Source: Chthoniobacteraceae bacterium (GTDB lineage: Bacteria > Verrucomicrobiota > Verrucomicrobiia > Chthoniobacterales > Chthoniobacteraceae). From it: a stretch of DNA of 41,272 nt. Shown in pieces: positions 35,250-41,272 of this stretch. The notes under the pieces were generated by a model. The model worked only from the letters and a program-made list of their open reading frames with translations, was not told the origin of the DNA and made no database searches. Location of the stretch: positions 1-41,272 of the forward strand of contig JBBCKI010000065.1 in assembly GCA_037190965.1 (NCBI GenBank). Direction: 5' to 3'. Numbering within the stretch: position 1 is the stretch's first letter; each line of letters starts with the position of its first letter. The translations under genes were made by a program, and so were the position numbers.

Positions 35250-35390
35250 GAAAGGGATTGAGTCTTTCGCGGGGAGTTAAACGACGCTCCCCGAACAGAT
35301 CATTCATGCTTGCCAGTGGGGCTGGTAATGTTAGAACAATAGGAACTCCGGAGGCAACGGAATCTGCCTCCAACACAAGGCAAGGAATAA

Positions 35391-37679
35391 GTGCCATCAA
35401 CAATGACCGAAGGACCCGCCAGGAAAGAAATAGCGGTTACTACTCCAACATTTGCAGAATGCAAGAAGTTGGAACGCAACTCAATCGCCCCAAATCCTTC
35501 TGGGGATTACCTGCAAATCATTGATTCCGTCGTCGATGCGTTGCCCGATCTTGTGGTCGTTGTCGACGCCGCCGGTTGCGTTCTCGCGTCAAACAGCGCC
35601 TGGCGGGCTATGGAGCAGAGCTTGCGGGCGGGAGCCGTGTCCGACGTTGAAGCCGGAGCTTCTTTCGACAACTACTTCTCCCTGGCGGCTGGCGTTTTCG
35701 GCGGTCTTCCCGAGGAAAGAATCAGCCTGGTTACGGCGATTTCCGCCTTCATCCAGGGAATCGATTCGGTATGCGAGCGGGAGTTTTCGGTGCTCATCGA
35801 GGGAAGACGGGCATGGTTTCAGCTTCGAGCATCCCGATTGCCCGCGTTCGTTCAAGGCGCGGTTCTGCTGATTCATCGCCCTGTCACCGAACTTCGCAAG
35901 GCAGAGCTTGATCTACGGGAAAGCCATGCCCTCTTTCAGCATGCCATTGAAAGACTCCGCGAAGGGGTCTTTCTGTACGACAAGGAGGGGCGTTTCGTCA
36001 TTGCCAATAGCGTATACGCCGAGGCGCTTGGGTATAATGCCGGCCAATTGGTGGGGCGGACGATATTCGAAGTCTTTAAGCCCGAATTGGCAAAGACGCT
36101 GCAAGAGCAGAATCTCCTCGTCCTGACGACAGAGCAGACCCTCCATTTCGAGTTGATGGTGGAAACACCCCGGGGCCTGCGCCACTTCAATGTCAGCAAA
36201 GGTGTCTACCGGAACCATCGCAATGAGATCGTGGGTGTCCTGGGTACCGCCAGCGATATTACCAATCATCGCCGTACCGAACACACTCTCGAGAAGAGCG
36301 AGCGCCATTTTCGCGCCTTGATCGAAAATAGCGCGGACCGCGTCGCATTGGTGGCAAAGGATGGAACAATCCGCTACGCAAGTCCCTCCACGAAGCGGAT
36401 TCTTGGCTTTAATCTTGAAGAGATGGTGGGCACAGACTGCTTTCTTTGGGTGCATCCGGTGGATCTCCCGATCTTGCGCCGCCGTTTCAAGGAACTACTG
36501 GAACTTCCCGGGGCATCGATGACGGGGCAGTACCGCGAGTTGCGCAAGGATGGCAGATGGCTCTGGATGGAGGCAACCGCCACCAATCTCCTCGATGACC
36601 CGAGCGTCAACGCCATCGTTGTCAACGAGCGCGATATCTCGGAACGCAAGCAGACCGAAGTGGAACTGATGTGTTTCGCCGATATCGTCGAATCCTCCAA
36701 TGACGCTATTATCAGCGCCAATCCCGAGGGGGTGATCATCAGTTGGAATCCCGCCGCCGAACGAATTTTTGGCTACCTCGAAAAAGAGATTTTGGGGAAA
36801 TCGGTCAATGTTCTGGTTCCCTTTGAGTGGCGGGACACCTTTGGCCAGCTTCGGAATGCGGCATTGCGAAAGAAGGGAAGCAACGATATCGAGACGATGC
36901 TCCTTCACAAAAACGGGCGGAAGGTCAACGTCTCGCTGACGCTCTCGCCCATTCGGGATCGCGATGGCCAGACAACCGGCTTCTCCAAGATCGTTCGCGA
37001 CATTACGGACCGTCGCCGCCTTGAGAAGGAAATCCTGGAAATCTCGGACCGCGAAAAACAACGCATCGGCCAGGATCTGCACGACGACCTTTGTCAGCAT
37101 CTCGTCGGAATCTCACTTGTCAGCAACCTTCTTTATGAGGAGCTGGCGCATCTCGGGCTCAAGCAGGCCGAGGACGCCCGGCACGTCACGGAGCTCGTCC
37201 GCCATGCTGTCGATCACGCCCGGAGCCTGGCGCGCGGGCTTTCGCCGTTGAATCTCGTCGATACCGGCTTTCTTACCAACCTGGAGATGCTCGTCTCCAG
37301 CACCGAGCAACTCTTTCGGGTTCCATGCGCCTTCGAATGCCATGAACCCCTCTTCGTCAAAAACGGCGCCGTGGCGATCCACCTCTACAGGATCGCCCAG
37401 GAGGCGCTTCATAACGCCGTCAAACACAGTTGCGCCTCCAAGGTCATCGTCTCCGTGGAACTCCACGACAATCTCGTCGTCGTAACGATCAAGGACGACG
37501 GGGTCGGACTCCCGGAGAGCGAAGCGCGGATTCACGAATCGGAGTCAGGCGGGGGGCTGGGTATGCACACGATGCACTACCGTGCCAAGATCATCGGGGC
37601 AACGATCGAGTTCCAGACCGGCCCGGGCTGCGGCACCCGCGTCATCTGCCGGGTCCCGAAGAAAAAGCTGAGTAGGTGA
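35391..37679 (+). CDS. Cytoplasmic multi-PAS sensor histidine kinase (NarX/UhpB-type HisKA_3)
   Basis: Up to four PAS repeats; EKQRIGQDLHDDLCQHL, YRIAQEALHNAVKH, DDGVG, GLGMHTMHYRA; no TM segment; start uncertain. Confidence 0.92.
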   Translation: MPSTMTEGPARKEIAVTTPTFAECKKLERNSIAPNPSGDYLQIIDSVVDALPDLVVVVDAAGCVLASNSAWRAMEQSLRAGAVSDVEAGASFDNYFSLAAGVFGGLPEERISLVTAISAFIQGIDSVCEREFSVLIEGRRAWFQLRASRLPAFVQGAVLLIHRPVTELRKAELDLRESHALFQHAIERLREGVFLYDKEGRFVIANSVYAEALGYNAGQLVGRTIFEVFKPELAKTLQEQNLLVLTTEQTLHFELMVETPRGLRHFNVSKGVYRNHRNEIVGVLGTASDITNHRRTEHTLEKSERHFRALIENSADRVALVAKDGTIRYASPSTKRILGFNLEEMVGTDCFLWVHPVDLPILRRRFKELLELPGASMTGQYRELRKDGRWLWMEATATNLLDDPSVNAIVVNERDISERKQTEVELMCFADIVESSNDAIISANPEGVIISWNPAAERIFGYLEKEILGKSVNVLVPFEWRDTFGQLRNAALRKKGSNDIETMLLHKNGRKVNVSLTLSPIRDRDGQTTGFSKIVRDITDRRRLEKEILEISDREKQRIGQDLHDDLCQHLVGISLVSNLLYEELAHLGLKQAEDARHVTELVRHAVDHARSLARGLSPLNLVDTGFLTNLEMLVSSTEQLFRVPCAFECHEPLFVKNGAVAIHLYRIAQEALHNAVKHSCASKVIVSVELHDNLVVVTIKDDGVGLPESEARIHESESGGGLGMHTMHYRAKIIGATIEFQTGPGCGTRVICRVPKKKLSR

Positions 37680-37687
37680 GGGGGCAA

Positions 37688-37843
37688 GGTAGCCCGCTCG
37701 CGCCGCGAGCGCGGGATCGATGAAGAGCCGCATTTGGCTCCATCCCCGCAGGACCGGAACTATCGGTAGTGGGATGCGACCACGGGAACCGATACCCGCC
37801 CCGCGATCGGTCTCTTGGAGCTGCCGCACCGCCATGCACGCCC
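37688..37843 (+). repeat. REP-doublet repeat, copy F (right REP decayed)
   Basis: GGTAGCCCGCTCGCGCCGCGAGCGCGGGATCG...CATCCCCGCAGGAC...GGGATG...CACGGGAACCGATACCCG...GCTGCCGCACCGCCATGCACGCCC. Confidence 0.8.
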
Positions 37844-37867
37844 TCCCTTTCTTTCCCAAAAGTTCAT

Positions 37868-37900
37868 TTGACGCTGTGCCAGAGAGGTCGTTAACCTCTC
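37868..37900 (+). promoter_or_regulatory. Putative sigma70 promoter of gap-pgk-tpiA overlapped by an inverted repeat
   Basis: TTGACG-18 bp-TAACCT; GAGAGGT-N5-ACCTCTC (37882-37900) spans the -10. Confidence 0.55.
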
Positions 37901-37927
37901 CAATCTTCAACCCGGTTTTCGGGGTAA

Positions 37928-38950
<1,023 letters not shown>

Positions 38951-38998
38951 GCGGGATCAACCCGTATCAACGGCAACGCCGATTGCCGCAAACCTTGA

Positions 38999-39028
38999 TT
39001 CGGCGGGGGCTCGGCGGCCCCCGCCGAA
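38999..39028 (+). other. Strong intercistronic hairpin between gap and pgk (mRNA stabiliser or partial terminator)
   Basis: TTCGGCGGGGGC-TCGGCG-GCCCCCGCCGAA with only a weak U tract. Confidence 0.6.
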
Positions 39029-39049
39029 ATTCGTTTACACCTAGAGCTG

Positions 39050-40249
39050 ATGGCTAAACTTTCTCTCCACGACCTCGATGTTCAAGGCAAGCGCGTCCTT
39101 GTCCGTGTCGACTTTAACGTTCCCACCGAAGACGTCGATGGGCGTCAGCGTATCACCGACGATACCCGGATCGTCGAAAGCCTTCCCACCATCCAGTATC
39201 TCCGGGAGCACGGCGCAAAAGTCGTGCTGATGGCCCATTTTGGCCGGCCCAAAGGGCAGCCCAACCCGAAATATTCCCTTCGTGTCGTCGCCGAGCGTTT
39301 GCAGGAGCTGATCAATCACCCGGTCGTCTTCGCGACCGATTGCATCGGCCAGCCAGCCCGGGACGCAGTCGCCTCCCTCAAGGACGGCGATGTCGCCCTG
39401 CTGGAAAACCTCCGTTTCCACAAGGAAGAGGAAGGCAATGACCCTGCCTTTGCCAAAGAGCTGGCCAGCCTCGGCGATCTTTACGTCAACGACGCCTTCG
39501 GCGCCGCGCACCGCGCCCACGCCTCCACGGCGGGTGTCACCGCGTTCCTGCCGAAGGCAGCCGCCGGTTTCCTGATGGAGAAAGAGTTGAAGTATCTTGT
39601 GGATGAACTCGCCAACCCGGCCCGTCCCTTTGTCGTCATCCTTGGCGGTTCGAAAGTCTCCAGCAAGATCACGGTGATCAAATCGCTCATGGAAAAAGCC
39701 GACACCATTCTGATCGGTGGCGCCATGGCCTACACCTTCTTCCTCGCGCAGGGACTCCCGGTCGGCAAGAGCCTTGTCGAGCCCGATAAGGTCGACCTTG
39801 CCAAAGAGATCCTCGCTCTTGCCAAAGAGAAAGGCGTCAAGTTCCTCGTCCCGACGGATACCCTGGAAACCCAGGAGTTTAAGGCGGGAGCCATCACCCG
39901 CAACACCGTGCCCGGTTCGGGCGTCGATGAAGGCTGGGAAGGCATCGACATCGGCGCGGAGACGACCAAGACCTACGTCAACGAAATCGCAACCGCCGGG
40001 ACCATCCTCTGGAACGGCCCTGTGGGAGTTTTCGAGATCCCCGAGTTCGCCAACGGCACTCGCGCGGTCGGCGAAGCCATTGCCGCGTCCAAGGCGAAAT
40101 CGATCGTCGGCGGCGGCGACTCCGTAACCGCCGTCAAACAGTTCGGCCTGGCCGACAAGATGACCTTCATCTCCACCGGCGGCGGAGCGAGCCTCGAACT
40201 TCTCGAAGGCCGCGAATTGCCCGGGGTGGCTGCACTCACCAACAAGTAA
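39050..40249 (+). CDS. pgk: Phosphoglycerate kinase
   Basis: RVLVRVDFNVP, LLENLRF, DAFGAAHRAHAS, WNGPVGVFE, ISTGGGASLELLEG. Confidence 0.99.
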   Translation: MAKLSLHDLDVQGKRVLVRVDFNVPTEDVDGRQRITDDTRIVESLPTIQYLREHGAKVVLMAHFGRPKGQPNPKYSLRVVAERLQELINHPVVFATDCIGQPARDAVASLKDGDVALLENLRFHKEEEGNDPAFAKELASLGDLYVNDAFGAAHRAHASTAGVTAFLPKAAAGFLMEKELKYLVDELANPARPFVVILGGSKVSSKITVIKSLMEKADTILIGGAMAYTFFLAQGLPVGKSLVEPDKVDLAKEILALAKEKGVKFLVPTDTLETQEFKAGAITRNTVPGSGVDEGWEGIDIGAETTKTYVNEIATAGTILWNGPVGVFEIPEFANGTRAVGEAIAASKAKSIVGGGDSVTAVKQFGLADKMTFISTGGGASLELLEGRELPGVAALTNK

Positions 40250-40256
40250 AATTGCC

Positions 40257-41021
40257 ATGCGTAAGAAAATCATCGCCGCCAATTGGAAGATGAACATGAC
40301 CGTCGGGGAGACCGACGAGTATCTTAAGGATTTCGTGCGTGAAATCGGCGACGGGTCCGATGTCGACATCGTGCTTGTCCCGCCCTTCACCGCGCTTGCC
40401 ACAGCGAACGATCGGCTCACCAACGTCGCCAACATCAAGCTTGGCGCGCAGAACATGCACTGGGAGAAGAGCGGAGCATTCACTGGGGAGATCAGCGCCG
40501 CCATGCTGCGCGATCTTTTCGTCCGCTACGTCGTTCTGGGCCACAGCGAGCGCCGTTCGCTCTTTGGGGAGACCGACGCCATCGTCAACAAGAAGGTCCA
40601 CGCCGCGCACGAGGCGGGTCTCAAGCCGATCCTCTGTGTCGGCGAGACGCTCGAACAGCGCGACGCCGGGCAGGTGGAGACGGTGCTTGAAAGCCAGCTC
40701 CGGGGGAGCCTTGCCGATCTGCAACCCAAGGAAATCCAGGAAACCGTCATCGCTTACGAACCGGTCTGGGCCATCGGCACCGGCCGCACCGCCACGCCCG
40801 AGCAGGCCCAGGAGGCCCACGCCTTCATCCGCAAAACCATCGCCGCCATCGCGGGCGAGGGGACGGCGGAGAAAGTGCGCATCCAGTACGGCGGCAGCGT
40901 GAAGCCCGAGAACGCCAAGACCTTGCTGAGTCAGCCCGACATCGACGGCGCGCTCGTCGGCGGAGCTAGCCTCGACCCCCGCGCTTTTTCGGAGATCGTC
41001 AAGGCGGGGATTCAGGAATAG
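40257..41021 (+). CDS. tpiA: Triosephosphate isomerase
   Basis: AANWKMN, LGHSERR, AYEPVWAIGTG, YGGSV, LVGGASL. Confidence 0.99.
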   Translation: MRKKIIAANWKMNMTVGETDEYLKDFVREIGDGSDVDIVLVPPFTALATANDRLTNVANIKLGAQNMHWEKSGAFTGEISAAMLRDLFVRYVVLGHSERRSLFGETDAIVNKKVHAAHEAGLKPILCVGETLEQRDAGQVETVLESQLRGSLADLQPKEIQETVIAYEPVWAIGTGRTATPEQAQEAHAFIRKTIAAIAGEGTAEKVRIQYGGSVKPENAKTLLSQPDIDGALVGGASLDPRAFSEIVKAGIQE

Positions 41022-41052
41022 ACAGACGGGCGAGAACTTGAACGAGTTTGTG

Positions 41053-41091
41053 AAATGCTCCCGGAGGGGAACCTCCCGGGAGCATTTTTTT
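41053..41091 (+). terminator. Rho-independent terminator of gap-pgk-tpiA
   Basis: AAATGCTCCCGG...CCGGGAGCATTT followed by a T run. Confidence 0.88.
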
Positions 41092-41135
41092 ACCCAGGGC
41101 TTCCCAAGAACACAGGCGCATGAAGCCTCGTGGTA

Positions 41136-41167
41136 GCGTCTTGGAGTGCGGCGGTCTCCGCCGCTTT
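41136..41167 (+). repeat. Single REP-like hairpin of a second (GGAG-headed) type
   Basis: GCGTCTTGGAGTGCGGCGGTCTCCGCCGCTTT: GGAG followed by a GCGGCGG/CCGCCGC stem. Only one copy in the window. Confidence 0.4.
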
Positions 41168-41188
41168 CCGGTGGTTGCTTCTAAGAAG

Positions 41189-41272
41189 GGTGCGGCAGCA
41201 CCGGTAGCCCGCTCGCGCCGTCGAGCGCGGGTATCGGTTCCCGTGGCTTCATGAAGACCACATCCCAAAATC
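41189..41272 (-). repeat. REP-doublet repeat, copy G (cut by the window end)
   Basis: GGTGCGGCAGCACC-GGTAGCCCGCTCGCGCCGTCGAGCGCGGGTATCGGTTCCCGTGGCTTCATGAAGACCACATCCC. Confidence 0.87.

Noticed and set aside
37651..37687. 3' end of the kinase gene (GGGTCCCGAAGAAAAAGCTGA) as the outer TIR of copy F
   Set aside because: Only GGGT and AAAAG match and there is no flanking direct repeat; too weak to claim.

Overview
GC-rich bacterial chromosomal window, most likely Verrucomicrobia (it encodes the PVC-superphylum small basic protein). About 41 CDS. Housekeeping genes include rplI, dnaB, lgt, proBA, gap-pgk-tpiA, a stand-alone Pol I-type 5'-3' nuclease and SufT/IscU-type Fe-S genes. There are two orphan sensor kinases, several transporters and two sugar loci: an AraC-linked GH4 alpha-galactosidase with an unusual C-terminal extension, and a DeoR/aldolase/Gfo-Idh-MocA/lyxose-isomerase/PfkB operon. 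No rRNA, tRNA, CRISPR array or transposase gene was seen. The most striking non-coding feature is a ~150-240 bp intergenic repeat family with 7 copies plus one decayed half copy. Its core is an inverted pair of GTAG-type REP hairpins (REPIN-like) showing compensatory stem changes. In the best-preserved copies this core lies inside an outer imperfect ~22-bp terminal inverted repeat flanked by near-perfect 9-bp direct repeats, which looks like a MITE carrying a REPIN. All family assignments come from motif recognition by eye; no searches were run.
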